A DNA stretch of 64,000 nt. It comes from Blepharisma stoltei ATCC 30299 (taxonomy: Eukaryota; Protista; Ciliophora). The stretch is from positions 372,001 through 436,000 of the forward strand of contig CBFDEM010000027.1 of assembly GCA_965603825.1 (NCBI GenBank), written 5' to 3'. Shown here one piece after another: positions 25,660-38,491 of the stretch. The position numbers were made by a program, and so were the translations under genes. Under the pieces are notes generated by a model that was not told where the DNA came from, did not search any database, and saw nothing but the letters and a program-made list of their open reading frames with translations. Each line of letters starts with the position of its first letter. Position 1 is the first letter of the stretch.

Positions 25660-27717
25660 ATGATTGGTGATGCTCCTTATGATGATCAAACTTATTCAGT
25701 GTGAAGAAAAGAAATCCAAACCTTCACTACAACCAAACCTAAAACTACCAAAAAACGATACCCGAATCAAGGCTGGATTTTAATCCCTGAAGAAGGCTTC
25801 ATGATGATATGAAGCAAAATTATCATGGTTATGATTCTTTTTACAACTATTATCACTCCATACCGAGTTTCATTTGTAGATCAGGATCCTTATGCATGAC
25901 AAATTATTGATCTCGTTGTAGATGGGGTTTACTTCGTTGATGTCATAGTTAATAGCTTTTTAGCCTATACGAACTCTGATAATGTGCTGGTAACAAGCAA
26001 CAAAAAAATTATTTTGCATTATTTAAGCACTTGAATGATTTTAGATGTGTTTTCATGCATTCCTCTTGAGCTGATGATTACGGGTTGAAATTATCATATG
26101 CTTGCAAGACTTGCAAGATTGCCGAGAATATATAGGCTAATAAAGATTACTAAGCTGTTTCGTCTGGCGAAATTCGCAAAAAATAAAGATCAGACCTTTA
26201 AATATGTGAATTTACTGCTTAGAATAAGTACTGCTATTGAAAGACTTATATGGTTTCTTCTAAGTTTTATTGTTTTAATTCACTTAATATGCTGCTTATG
26301 AGTATTCGCAGGCAGATGGAACCTAAATATTTCCACAAATTGGATACAGAATTTCGGTTTTCAAGATTATGATAACATGAACTTATATATAGTCTCACTT
26401 TATTGGACGGTCACCACTTTGGCAACTGTAGGGTATGGAGATATTGTAGCCACTAACACAACTGAAAGAATAGTTGCGTCCTTTGTTATGATCATTGGGA
26501 TCTGGCTTTATTCCTATGGTGTCGGCTCTTTAACAAATCTTATAGGAAATCTTGATACAAGACGAGCAAAGCTAAATCGGCAGCTTGAGGTGCTGCAGAG
26601 AATTGCAAGAGAATACAAGCTCAATAAAGTTTTCTTTAAAAAGCTAACGAATGCTTTGGAATATGATAACTCGCAGTCAAGAAAAGATGTGGATGAATTA
26701 ATTGAGGATCTGCCGCCTTCTCTCAGAAAAGGGCTTCTTATCATTACATATGAAGGGATGATCAGACATAATGCTTTTTTTAGTGATAAACAAAGCCATT
26801 TTGTAGCTTGGGTTGCTCCTAAGCTAAAGCCATTAAAAGTCGCTAAAGGAGAAATGATTTATAAAGCAGGAGAATACGCAACAGAAATGTATTTCCTTGT
26901 AAAAGGAGAAGTGGCAATGGTTATCGTGATAGATGATGTTACAATTCCTTTTATTCTGCTAGCTCCGGGGTATTATTTTGGAGAGGTTGACTTACTTTTT
27001 AGTGAAAGTAAAACCCATCTCCACACTGTCAAAGCAACTGATCATTGTGAACTTCTTGCTTTTTCTAAAGAAGATTTTGAACAAATGATGCAGCTCTATG
27101 AAGAAGAGTCCAATGAAATCTGCATGCTAGCAAGCGAAAGGCTATTCAGAACAGACCAAAAAATGAAAGAAGCTGAGGAAAACTACAGAAAAACAGCGAA
27201 AGTGAAATCACAGTTAAGCTATCCAAGACCAAAAAAGAGTAGGTGAGACATGGATAAATTCAAAAGCGCTTATGGGAAGAAAGCTGTTGAAAGCAATCTT
27301 TCATTAATTAAAACTGAAGACACAGTCAATGTTGATCAAAGCATCAAAGAAAATTTAAGGAAAACATTTAGAGAGAAGTCAATAGGGAAATCGTTGCATA
27401 GCCTATTTGACTCGAAATCCTCAGAATCTACTAATGTGCCTCAGATTAAGCAAAAGATTTTGAAAATGAACAAGTCAATGAAACAAATCCAGAATTTGTG
27501 CAAAATCCTTATGGATAAAGCAAATCCAATCAGTGAAGCAAACTCAGTCATACTAGAACCTCAGCCCAAAAGTGAGGAAAAACCTTTATTAAAGAAGCTT
27601 TTGAGTCCTTGGAAAATTGAAATTGAAGCTGATATAGAAGAGCGGCATATGGAGAGCGAAGTTTCAAGAATTGAGGAAGCTGGGGTGAAGAAAGACAGCT
27701 CTTTTGAAAATAATTAA
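25660..27717 (+). CDS. KCNH/CNG-like cyclic-nucleotide-binding-domain K+ channel
   Basis: ATG 25660, TGA=Trp. S4 RLARLPRIYRLIK, YWTVTTLATVGYGD, CNBD GYYFGEVD. Paralog of the gene at 3-1859. Confidence 0.92.
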
Positions 27718-27815
27718 TAAATATCAGATGTAATTGGGCCCTTTTATTATTTAATGAACATTTAGCTTTTTATTAGGAATTAATATAAACCTCTATTTTG
27801 ATCTGATATAAATAT

Positions 27816-29606
27816 ATGGAAGAGCAGTTTGTCACTTTAAATATAAAAGACCCAAGAGAGCGTCTAGTTAGCCGAGTTGCTGCCTGTATGCTGCGCGAGC
27901 CTAATTACTATGCGAAGGCTGAACAAAAAATCGCAGACATCATAGCAGATCTTAACGAAGTAGCCACAATTGATCCAGAGTTTATCTGCCAACTTGCTTA
28001 CTACACCCGAAATGAACTTAACATCCGTTCAGCTTCCAATTTCATACTGGCATTCGCTGCTACTCACCCAGAAGCCAAAAAGCACCTCAAACAATATTTT
28101 TCGGCTACAATCCGTCTTCCTTCTGACCTAACCGAAACTGTTGAGCTCTATCAAAGCTTTGTAGGCCATGAGCAGGAAAACAAAATAGCAATCCCCAACT
28201 GTCTTCAGAAACTGATTGCAGATAAATTCAAGACTTTTTCTATTTACCATCTAGGAAAATATTGTTCTGAAGGGAAACGCAAAAGAGGTTTACTTAAGCT
28301 CAAATTTAAGCCTAAGGGTGATAACAGTGCAGCTACTAAGAAAAAGACGATATCATTCAAACAGCTTGTAAGACTTTGCCACTTAAAAGAGCCAGCTAGC
28401 AATGTGATGTCAATTCTCGGAAAAAGATATCCTGAAAACCCGGACGTTTTTGCTACATCTGGATTGGCGGTAGGTGGAGAATTCAATCCCTCACTTGCTA
28501 ATAAAAGAATGAAAATTCCGACACCTGTAACATGGGAGACTCAGCTCAGCGAGATGGGAAATAAGCCTGAAGTCTGGGAGGACCTTATAAAGTCAAGAAA
28601 GCTGCCGTTTATGGCAATGCTGAGGAATTTGAGAAATCTGCTGATAACTGGAGTCGACTCAGAAATTCATGGAGCTGTTCAGAGTAGATTGAGAGACCCA
28701 GATCAAATTCAAAATTCTAGGCTGTTCCCATTTAGATTCTATTCAGCTTATACTGCTTTAAATATCAATATTGAAGAATTACAAAAGCTAAAAGAAGACC
28801 CAAACTATGAGCCTCCCGCACCTTCTGGAAAAAGAGGTTTGAAAGAAAAGCACAAAAGAAAAAAAATAGTCCCAAAAGTAGTCCCAACTGAAGAAACTGT
28901 TGAAAACTATAAAAATGCTCTAGAAGAGGCGGTCAAGCTTTCAACAGCTTTAAACGTAAAGCCAGTCAAAGGCAATTCAGTCATTTTCGCTGACGTCTCA
29001 GGCTCCATGGGCACTAAAATTTCGGGAGAGGGTGGATCAGGCAGTGATATTTCTTGCAAAGAAGTTGGAATTCTACTAGGACTTATGATGCGCCATGTCT
29101 GTGAAAACTCTGAATTTGTCGTTTTTTCATCGCCAACTACAGCAAGTCCAAAATGCTGGAAAAAGGTTGAGCTTGAAGGCGAGAATATTCTTAACCTTAT
29201 AAACGAAGTGAATCAAGTTGCCAGTACTCTGGGAGGGGGAACTGATTTTCCTTTTGACTATATAAACCAAGCAATAGAGAATAGAGTTCATTTTGACAAT
29301 ATGTTCATATTTTCTGATATGATGATTTCCCCAGGAAGTGGGCAGATGAATCACACACAAAGTGGAAGAAATTGGACTGTTGAGCAGATTCTTAAGACTT
29401 ATAGGGAAACAGTCAATCCAAGCATGAAATTCATAAGCATAAACTTAGCGGGGCATGGGAAAACTATAGGTGCAGATCTTGAGGATGAACAGAAAAATAT
29501 TTTGGTGACAGGATATAGCGATTCTATCTTAAGACTTGTATCTCAGCTCCAAATCTCTCAAGTAGACGCTGTCAAAGAAGCTGCTAAATCATTAATTAAA
29601 ACTTAA
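27816..29606 (+). CDS. TROVE + vWA protein (ciliate p80/TEP1-like RNP subunit)
   Basis: DPEFICQLAYYTRNELNIR, TWETQLS, LPFMAMLRNLRNLL, SRLFPFRF, MIDAS DVSGSM. Confidence 0.9.
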   Translation: MEEQFVTLNIKDPRERLVSRVAACMLREPNYYAKAEQKIADIIADLNEVATIDPEFICQLAYYTRNELNIRSASNFILAFAATHPEAKKHLKQYFSATIRLPSDLTETVELYQSFVGHEQENKIAIPNCLQKLIADKFKTFSIYHLGKYCSEGKRKRGLLKLKFKPKGDNSAATKKKTISFKQLVRLCHLKEPASNVMSILGKRYPENPDVFATSGLAVGGEFNPSLANKRMKIPTPVTWETQLSEMGNKPEVWEDLIKSRKLPFMAMLRNLRNLLITGVDSEIHGAVQSRLRDPDQIQNSRLFPFRFYSAYTALNINIEELQKLKEDPNYEPPAPSGKRGLKEKHKRKKIVPKVVPTEETVENYKNALEEAVKLSTALNVKPVKGNSVIFADVSGSMGTKISGEGGSGSDISCKEVGILLGLMMRHVCENSEFVVFSSPTTASPKCWKKVELEGENILNLINEVNQVASTLGGGTDFPFDYINQAIENRVHFDNMFIFSDMMISPGSGQMNHTQSGRNWTVEQILKTYRETVNPSMKFISINLAGHGKTIGADLEDEQKNILVTGYSDSILRLVSQLQISQVDAVKEAAKSLIKT

Positions 29607-29645
29607 TAGGATATTATCAGGAAAAAGCGTTTTTTATCGATAAAT

Positions 29646-31205
29646 ATGTTAGTAAGAGAATTCAGCTCCAAAAGTCACAAAACATTCGAACTCTTTATCA
29701 AAGCTCGAGACTTGGTGGCCCCAGCAACTTTAAACCCAATCTGTAGACTTCAGCTAAAGGTTGAAGACTCGAAATGAGTAGACTTGGGTTCAACAGAAGT
29801 AGTCTTTATGTCGAAGAATCCCAAATGGAAACAAAACATTATCATTGATCATTGCTTCGAAAAGAGTAGCGAGCTGCAATTTTCTATTTATTCTGGGGCA
29901 GACTTTATTGGAAGCATAGAATGCACAAGCAACCATTTAATTGCAAGGCAACCTTTTATATCTCATATATTTAGAGGAACTATTAAGGAGATTACTGGGA
30001 CAATTGTGGTAAAAGCTGAAGAAGTCAGAGATCTAGAGTCAAAGATAAATATAGGATTGGTTGGGCATCATTTAGACGCTATGGACTTTGGAGGAAAAAG
30101 CGACCCGTATCTTATATTTTATAGACTCCTGCAGGATGATTCCTGATCTGAATGCTATAGGACAGAAATAATTTACAAAACGCTTGATCCTGTATGGAAA
30201 CCTTTTGAGATAAACTTGCATCAGCTCTGCGGCAGCGATCCCAATCGATCAATAAAAATCGAATGTTTTGATTGAGACCGGTGCAGCTCAGATGATTTTA
30301 TTGGGCAGGTAACAGTGACATTGCGAGAGTTATTGCGGGCAGGCTCTCAATTTGCACTAATAAACCATTCCAAAACATCTCGCAAAGGCTACACCAATTC
30401 AGGAATTTTAGAGGTCACCAGCTCTACAATCACAAGAAATTACTCATACATGGACTACTTGCAGAATGGAACATCAATCAAGCTAATCGTGGCAATTGAT
30501 TTTACTTCTTCTAATGGAGATCACACAGATATTCACTCCTTGCATTATTCTAATTCCAGTATACAAAATGAATACCAAAGAGCCATTGAGGCAGTCATCA
30601 AGATCATAGAAATTTATGACGAAGACAAAAAAATCGCTATATTTGGGTTCGGAGGGAGGCCTATTTGAATTCGGGACATAAGTCACTGCTTTTCTTTGAC
30701 TAGAAGCGAATCAAATCCTTACGTAGTAGGGCATGAGAAAATAATAGAAACCTATATAAAAGAGCTCCCAAATATAGAACTAGAAGGACCTACATATTTT
30801 AGATGGATTTTAGAGATGGCGAATGATAAAGCTAGAGAAAAAACTGATGGATCGATATATAATGTATTACTTATAATTACAGATGGAGATATTGACGATT
30901 TTCCTGCATCTCGAGATTTGATTGTAGAATCATCGAGGCTTCCGATGAGTGTTATTATTATTGGAGTTGGAGGGGAATGCTTTTCTAATATGTATAGGCT
31001 GGATTCAGATAGTGGAGTTCTTAAAGATCATAATCAGCGCGAAGCTTTACGAGATTGTGTCCAATTTGTACCATTTAGACAATATATGAGCTCTCCTGAA
31101 AGCTTTGAATCAAAAATTTTAGAAGAGATCCCTTCACAAATAGAGTCGTACATGAAGCTGGCTAATATAAAGCCACTTCTAATGAAGTGTCCATTTTCTG
31201 ATTAG
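29646..31205 (+). CDS. Copine (C2-C2-vWA)
   Basis: ATG 29646, TGA=Trp. GKSDPY, FDW(TGA)D, AIDFTSSNG, FGFGG, GPTYF, LLIITDG, LPMSVIIIGVG, RDCVQFVPF. Confidence 0.93.
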
Positions 31206-31521
31206 CATTCGAAATTAATCATTTATTCCATCTAAATATCTGAGCCTTAATATAAGCCACAGCTATCTGCTAAATTTTGAACAGGATAAAGCAATCTCTT
31301 CTGTTTGCCCATAAATTAGTCACATTTTAATCTATAGTTGAAATGGAAGTGATTTTCTTCTGCTATTCAAAGTATTTCCTGCCAATTAATAATTTTCATA
31401 TATAAATTTCAATTATTTTTCTCTCAGCTCCCCTATCTTCTAATTCAATTTCATTCATCTTCCAACTTGTTTGTCCTTCATAGCATTTTCATATTCTTTT
31501 ATTAAATTTTAATCTGTGGTA

Positions 31522-32817
31522 ATGCTGCGTGTATTAACCAGATCATTCGCTAAGTATATCCGTGACAAGCCTCACTTGAACGTTGGCACTGTAGGACACA
31601 TTGATCATGGTAAAACTACTCTTACCGCTGCTATCACACACTATCTCCACCAAAAAGGCATGGCTGAAGAAAGGACATATGAACAAATCGATTGTGCTCC
31701 TGAAGAAAAAGCCAGAGGTATTACCATCAATACAAGCACCCTTGAATATCAAACAGACAAGCGCCACTATTCTCATATGGACTGTCCTGGACACGCTGAT
31801 TATGTTAAGAATATGATTACTGGAGCTGCGAGAATGGATGGAGCCATTCTTGTAGTTTCTGCTCGTGAAGGGCTTATGCCTCAGACAAGAGAGCACGTCC
31901 TATTGTGTAGGCAAACTGGAGTAAAAAGCATCGTGGTCTTTATGAACAAATGTGACTTACTACCAGACCCTGAGCTTCAAGAAATCGTAGAAATGGAAGT
32001 GAGAGAAGTCCTTAATAAGTACGAGTATGATGGAGAGCATACTAGATTTGTAAAAGGATCTGCTTTATGTGCATTGAATGAGCCAGATTCTGAATACGGG
32101 ATTAAAAAAATTCAAGAACTGCTTGATGCAATGGACGATTCATTGGTAATCCCTGAGAGGCCAAAGGACAAGCCATTCTTTTTAAGTGTAGAAGGAAGCT
32201 ATAATATTGCAGGAAGAGGGTGTGTGGTCACTGGAACAATTGAGCACGGAGTTATCAAGCCAGGCGCTGACGCTGATCTAATTGGGATTAAAAAAGACCC
32301 AGTAAGGACTGCTGTAATCAGTGTCGAGACATTTAAGAAAACATTAGATGTCGGAGAGCCCGGCGACAATGTAGGTGTGCTATTAAGAGGCTTAAGAAAA
32401 GAAGATATTCATAGAGGGCAAGCTGTAACACCACCTAATTCATATCAAACTAACTTTAACTTTGAAGGGCAACTCTACGTCTTAAAAGAAGACGAAGGTG
32501 GAAGAAAAAAGCCATTTTTCTCTGGATTCGCCCCTCAATGTTTTATTAGAACTGCTGATATCCAGTCTAAAATCATGTTCCCAGAAGAGAAAAAAATGGC
32601 TGTAGGAGGTGACCACTTTGCAGCAAAATTCAAGCTTCAAATGCCGCTGCCTCTGTATGTAGGAGCTAGATTTGCCCTGAGAGAAGGAGGAAAAACAGTT
32701 GGAGCTGGAGTTATTACCAAATTATTGCCTGATGAAGATGAAGATATCCAAGGAGAAAAAAATAGAAAGAAAAAGGCAGGACCAGGAGCAGGAGCAAAAT
32801 CTCCAACTAAGAAGTAA
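31522..32817 (+). CDS. TUFM: Mitochondrial elongation factor Tu
   Basis: Short presequence, then [49 protein letters not shown]. Confidence 0.96.
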   Translation: MLRVLTRSFAKYIRDKPHLNVGTVGHIDHGKTTLTAAITHYLHQKGMAEERTYEQIDCAPEEKARGITINTSTLEYQTDKRHYSHMDCPGHADYVKNMITGAARMDGAILVVSAREGLMPQTREHVLLCRQTGVKSIVVFMNKCDLLPDPELQEIVEMEVREVLNKYEYDGEHTRFVKGSALCALNEPDSEYGIKKIQELLDAMDDSLVIPERPKDKPFFLSVEGSYNIAGRGCVVTGTIEHGVIKPGADADLIGIKKDPVRTAVISVETFKKTLDVGEPGDNVGVLLRGLRKEDIHRGQAVTPPNSYQTNFNFEGQLYVLKEDEGGRKKPFFSGFAPQCFIRTADIQSKIMFPEEKKMAVGGDHFAAKFKLQMPLPLYVGARFALREGGKTVGAGVITKLLPDEDEDIQGEKNRKKKAGPGAGAKSPTKK

Positions 32818-33415
32818 TAAGAAATTTATTTATTATTAAATCTTTTTTAAATAAATTGCTTTAATAAAGGTACCGATTTATTAAGAAATTTGAAGGATAT
32901 TAATATGTGGAATATAACTGAAATATTCTCAATAAATAATGGAATAATAAAGTAGAAAAGAGTCTTGCCAATTGTAAGAAAATTAAATTTTTTTAAAATT
33001 TTTTTTTTGATTTAAAGATGATAGAAATCACTTGCGTGCTTATAAGAAACTATTTAATTATAAAACTATAAAATTACTTTTATCAGAAACTGTTTTGATG
33101 TTGGAGAGATAAAAAGGGCTAAGGAAATTATGGAAATGAAGGCTTTGGATATATCTCTAATTTTAATAAAATTATGTTTGCAGATTAGTATTAGATATAA
33201 ATAAATATAAAGAATCTAGATATCAAATTTCTGGCATGGAATCTCTATCTTCTTTTATAAATTTAATTAACAGTCCTAAATTTAGGAAAAAGAGATTTGC
33301 TAAAATATAGCTTTTAGAAGGCAAAATCATCTTACTGCTATATAACCCTTATCAGAAATATCTTTCCCCTCACCATAATTTAAGTGATTTATATTTGAGA
33401 AATGGGAGATAAAAT

Positions 33416-34087
33416 ATGAATGCATCATCATCTCTTGTAGAGGATAATCGAGCCAGAAGTCCTCCACGCCGAAGCAGCCAAGAAAATATAAGATTTCGAG
33501 GGAGAGCAATAAAACTGAAGAGTAATCCTTTATTTCGATTCAACTATTTTGCCGCATGCTATAACACAAACTATAACATGGTCAATGGAGTAAGATTCAA
33601 AAATATCCAACGGAACAGATTTTACTATTGGCTTTATCCTTTATTTAGAGTCAGATATATAGTTGTCAGTCTCGCACTTAGTTTTGTACCTTTTTTCAAC
33701 CTGTTGTGACTGTTAATTTTGATCGCTCTCTGGGGAATTTATGAAAAAGGCCATAGAGTCTATAAAGACAACAGAAAGCAGGTCGAGAATCCTTTTGAAA
33801 GAATGGTTTACAACCCAGAAATGTGTGAAAAATACAGGTGCATGAATAAGTTTTTAGAGGTCCCTGTGGAATATATTCAGAATGAAGAGATCAAAGCATC
33901 AGTCAGGGATGGAAGAGTTCAGATAATGATTTACAATGACAAATTTAAGGCGATGTTTTATGGATTTACTAAATACAGATGAATTCATATCACTCATATA
34001 TGCTTAAGCATCAGCATTATTTTGGCAGATTACCTTTTGCTTTATCACTTCGTGGATTTTGATCCAGCAAATCCCAGTGGGATCTAA
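33416..34087 (+). CDS. Hypothetical membrane protein (223 aa)
   Basis: Two ORFs joined through TGA, ending TAA 34087; hydrophobic segments. Confidence 0.6.
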
Positions 34088-34210
34088 GAAAAGCGGGTTA
34101 ACGCCAAACAAAAGGTTTAATTGATAACCCTAACAAAGTGTATACATAATAATACAATAACTTTGCATTTGCAATATGTGAATTTTTAATTATCTAAAAT
34201 TATTTTATAT

Positions 34211-35056
34211 CTATTTCAAAGAGAGTCACATTAGGAACGATAACTCATCAATTTCTGCTTTTTTATTATAGCACAAATTAAGGATTGGCTTATTGTTTTT
34301 AATTGCTTCCACAATTCCGGCATCAATTAACTTATTTAAGTTTCCATAATTGGGTTTGCCATTAGGATCCTAAATAGACTATACTATTATAAGAGCATTG
34401 ATGCAGCTCATAAGAAAGGTTGCATTGACTGTGTTAAGTTCTAAAAATTTTAATAGTTCTCCGTCTCCTTTGAATTTAAAAAACACTTTTTGTGCTTTCT
34501 CTCTTCTATAGAGAATTATTTTGCAGGTATCCATAGCCAAATCTCCCAATATCGGTGAAGGAAATAAGGCAAATAATGGCTTATATACATTAAAATTCAG
34601 TATCTCGTATATCGTTGATTCTGTTGCGTTTTTTAAAGTTCTGTTTAGGAGCTTGAGGGAAAACTCTTGTAGAGTTTCATCAGGAGAGTATAAATTTGTG
34701 ACAATTGCACCAATCACTCCTTTGATATAGTACTGAATTTTGTTTGATTCTTCTAAAGCTCCTTCTGCTAAGTATGCAATTGCTAAGCAGCCAATTGTTT
34801 TTGGAGGTCTTTCTCACCCTTGGTCTTTTATATCAGATATATTAATAGGGTCTCTATGATATATCAATTTAAATAAGTCGCTTCATTTACTGTTAGCTCT
34901 CAAAAATTTAATTTTTACTATTAAATCAGTATCAGAATTACTGGTAAAGAATTGATAAGATTGTATAGGTATTGTTTTTGGTATATCAAAGTATAGCTTT
35001 GGCATGTCAGAAGCTTTCTGAATTTATATTACTGTTCGGATTTCACAGCAGCCCAT
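34211..35056 (-). CDS. Hypothetical ARM-like helical protein, predicted N-myristoyl/palmitoyl (MGCC)
   Basis: ATG 35056, introns 35018-35032 and 34370-34384, TGA=Trp, ends TAG. Confidence 0.75.
34370..34384 (-). other. 15-nt intron gtatagtctatttag
   Basis: Removes in-frame TAGs; A at position 10. Confidence 0.8.
35018..35032 (-). other. 15-nt intron gtaatataaattcag
   Basis: Removes an in-frame TAA after MGCCEIRT. Confidence 0.8.
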
Positions 35057-35355
35057 TTTTTTAATATGAATAAAGTATCCATATATTGAAATCCATTTAT
35101 AATAGCCATAAACGGTATTTAAATTATTGCTATTATAAAGTTATCTTTTTCCATATTTTAAAATTTAACTTTTCTCTAAAACCTAGAGCCTTACAATGCG
35201 GTAGACTTATAATAATACAAAGAAATTTAAATAAAGAGATATCGATTTGTCTAGAATTTTATTCACAAGTGAACTATCTTTAGCGTTTCGCCAGAGAATG
35301 CTTTATAAAATTATGCAGAGAACCATCAAAACTTATGCAAAAACTTATAATTAAT

Positions 35356-36147
35356 ATGAACGTAAGCGTATTATGTGTACAATTTTGCCCAGTCTATAAA
35401 GATCCTCAGGCATCAATGGAAAAAGTCAGCTCTATGCTTGCTAATTTTATAAATGCTGACATTGTTGTCCTTCCTGAAATGGCGTTTCCTGGTTACACAT
35501 TTGATGATATCGAAGACATAAGACCATACCTTGAATTACCAAACTCAGAATATCCAACTTTTAGATGGTGCAGAGACCAAGCGCAACGACTGGGAGCACA
35601 CATCTTCTGTGGTTACCCTGAAAAATATGAAGAAGGAGGCTATAATTCTATGATGGTCTTGAATCCTCAAGGCGTACTTATAAAGAATTATAGGAAGCAT
35701 CATCTTTATGTAATTGACAAAAATTGGTCAAGAGAAGGAGAAATATTCGACTCAGTTACGATAACAGTAGCAGAAAATCAATTAATTGTAGGGCTTGGAA
35801 TCTGTATGGACATAAATCCTTATGAATTCAGAGACTATGATCTGCACGAATTGGCTGACTTTTGGCAGTCTCAAAACGTTGACTTGTGTGCATTTTGTAC
35901 AAACTGGACTTATACTGATGGAGATGAATTGCAATTGTTGAATTATTGGCTGTGGAGGCTGGAGCCTTTGCTGAAAACTCAAAGAAAAGTTTATTTTTTA
36001 GCAGCTGATAGGATTGGAGAAGAAAAAGGAACCAAATATAGTGGAGCAAGCTGTGTAATTGAGTTAAGCTCAAAGCCAAGATTACTCGGGATGCTAGAGA
36101 GAACAGTAGAAAGCGTGCTATTGTGTAATATTAGAATAGATAAATAG
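35356..36147 (+). CDS. NTA1: Nitrilase-superfamily protein N-terminal amidase (NTA1-like)
   Basis: LPEMAFPGY, CGYPE, YRKHHL, GICMDINPYEF: the E-K-C triad with an NTA1-type motif. Start could be 35335. Confidence 0.85.
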   Translation: MNVSVLCVQFCPVYKDPQASMEKVSSMLANFINADIVVLPEMAFPGYTFDDIEDIRPYLELPNSEYPTFRWCRDQAQRLGAHIFCGYPEKYEEGGYNSMMVLNPQGVLIKNYRKHHLYVIDKNWSREGEIFDSVTITVAENQLIVGLGICMDINPYEFRDYDLHELADFWQSQNVDLCAFCTNWTYTDGDELQLLNYWLWRLEPLLKTQRKVYFLAADRIGEEKGTKYSGASCVIELSSKPRLLGMLERTVESVLLCNIRIDK

Positions 36148-36162
36148 GGTTAGAGATATTTA

Positions 36163-38119
36163 TTATCTAATTATGAATTTTTTCCGAATCAGATGGCCTC
36201 TATAAACTGATTGTATGAATATTACAGCTTCTCTTATCCCTTTATATATATTGTGACATTGGTGCATTCTGACAGCACTTTGAATTAAAAATATTTTTTT
36301 CTTGATTTTCTCATATCGCTTTCTCTGAATGAAACCTCTTATGTAAGCTTGAATCATTGCAAGCATTTGAAACAGATTTTTATGTTTCTGAACTTCAGGC
36401 TTCTTTATTTCAATTGATGTGGATTCCAGTACTAGTTTCTTATTAATTGGATCTGATTGAATTATTTTTTCTATTGTCTCTTTTTTAGGCTTATCAGAGC
36501 TCTGGCTTCTCTTTTCTCTTGCCTGTGATGGCGGCATAGTTTCAGTCTGGCATGAAGTTTCTACCAAAGACGCTTTAGCATCGAAAAGATCTTTCCCGAC
36601 CTCTTTATTTACCTTAATCCTCTTATTTCTATATCATTTTTGTATTTTTCCAGCAGCCACATTTCTTTCACTTTTTATTTTTAAATATCTTTTTCTATCT
36701 CGATAGCCTCTGAAATGTTTCTGGATGTTTTGGGCTGCATTTTCTCTTTTTTGCAATCATTCCCTTACTTCTCTTTGGATTTTTCTTGCAGCAAACCCTC
36801 TTCTTCTCTTTTCTATCTCTTTTTTGGAAATTTTTTTGGGCTCTTCTTCAAGCTCTTTCAAAGGTTGGCACATTGCTTCAAAATCGTGAAGTTTTTTTTG
36901 AAGATTTTGTAATTGTCCTTCTATATTAATTATTCGGGAATCAAAGCTCATATCAAATTTTCTGATAGACTTTGTACTGGTTTCTGGAGAATTTGAAAAT
37001 TTACTGGAAGGCTGAGATGTAAGATCAGGCTTGATGATTGGCTTTATGAACTTTTTTCTCAAAGCATTAGGAGTTTTAATTGTTTCTATTGGCTTCAAAT
37101 TTGTTTTTTTCTTAGTGATTCTAACTGAATAATTTCCTGGATTTTGAGTTTTATCTTTATACATAGGTTGCATTCTTTCTCCCGTAAGAAACCGTGCATT
37201 TGTGAGTCCAGCTGACTCCGAAAAAGCTCCTGATGGCATAGGCTCAAGCTTATTTTTCTTCTCAATTGTTAAACTTTTATTTGGTGGTTGCACTTTATTT
37301 TCTTCATCCCAATGCCCACTTTCCAGTTCAATTTCGTCTAAGCTGTTTCTTTCTTTATTTCTTAATTGCTCTCTCCTTAATTCCTGTTTTAGCACATGAT
37401 TGAGAGTTGAATTTCTAGTTGATGTATCGTGCCTTGATGACGAAAGCTTTGCCTTGCTATTGGCTAGGCTATTTAGAGATTCCAGTTTCCCCACTTTTTG
37501 GCTTTGCTTTGAATTTTTATTCAGTGCTGTTCCAATAAGCTGTGTAACCGGGTGCACTGACCCCAAGTGTTCATGGGCAATTTCTCACCCTTTCATAAAA
37601 AAATCTTGGGCTTCTTTTATTTTATCTAGAAATTCTTGTTCGATCCCTACATTATGATATGCAATCGCAAGCGTCGTTTTCGTGTTTAAATTTTGCTCAG
37701 CAGCTTGATTTAGTATCTTTATTGCTTTTAACCCATGACTAACCGCTTCTTCATGCAAATCAAGCTGAGATTTAATCGCACATATATTCAAAAGGGTTCC
37801 AGCAAGATTCACATTATCAATAGAACTTTCTGACTCACACTCCAGTGCTTCCGACAAATATTTCAGAGCTTTTAAAGGATTATTAATCCTTTTATATAGG
37901 CAGCCGAAGTTGTTGAGGGTTATTGATTTTAGCTTGACCACAGCACTTGACGATGCCGATCTTAATAAGTTATTAGCCTTTGTCAATAAATTACTTGCAG
38001 TTTCTGCATCGCCAGAGCTTAAGGCTTCCATTGCGAGCTTATTGCAGTTTAGTATTACAGCTTCATTCTAACTAGTAACTTACTCCTAATGAATCTTCAA
38101 TTAATACATTGAATGACAT
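36163..38119 (-). CDS. TPR + IQ-motif protein
   Basis: ATG 38119, 16-nt intron. TPRs (ITLNNFGCLY, AIAYHNVGIEQE); several IQxxxRGxxxR motifs; TGA=Trp. Confidence 0.85.
38068..38083 (-). other. 16-nt intron gtaagttactagttag
   Basis: Needed to fix the frame (88-16=72 nt). A at position 11, again -6 from the 3' end. Confidence 0.8.
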
Positions 38120-38161
38120 TTAATTATTTCATAAAAAATTCGAATTAAATTACTATAATTG

Positions 38162-38491
38162 CTACTTATTCTCCTTTGTCTGATTGGAGTATTGCGGAAT
38201 CGTGAAAATATTGTGGCCTGATTTTTTGCCTTTATTTAGTTGCATAAGCTTGGCAACCTTTCAGGGCAAGCCATATTCTGAAACTACTTTTTCAGCGCCC
38301 GAGTTCCCTGCTTCTTCGATTGCAAGATATATTAATTTTGATATGCTTTCAACGAACTTTAAGCTGCTTAGATCGTTTATTTCAAGCTCCGTGTTTATTC
38401 TACTAGGACTTCACCCAGCGTGCTTTGCAACAAGCTCTCTACCGCCTAGGACGAGTAAACAGATATTGCTATAGTTTAGTTCAGAAGCCAT
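38162..38491 (-). CDS. Small hypothetical protein (109 aa)
   Basis: Absent from the ORF track. MASELNYSNICLLVLGGRELVAKH...; two TGA; ends TAG; higher GC than its flanks. Confidence 0.62.
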
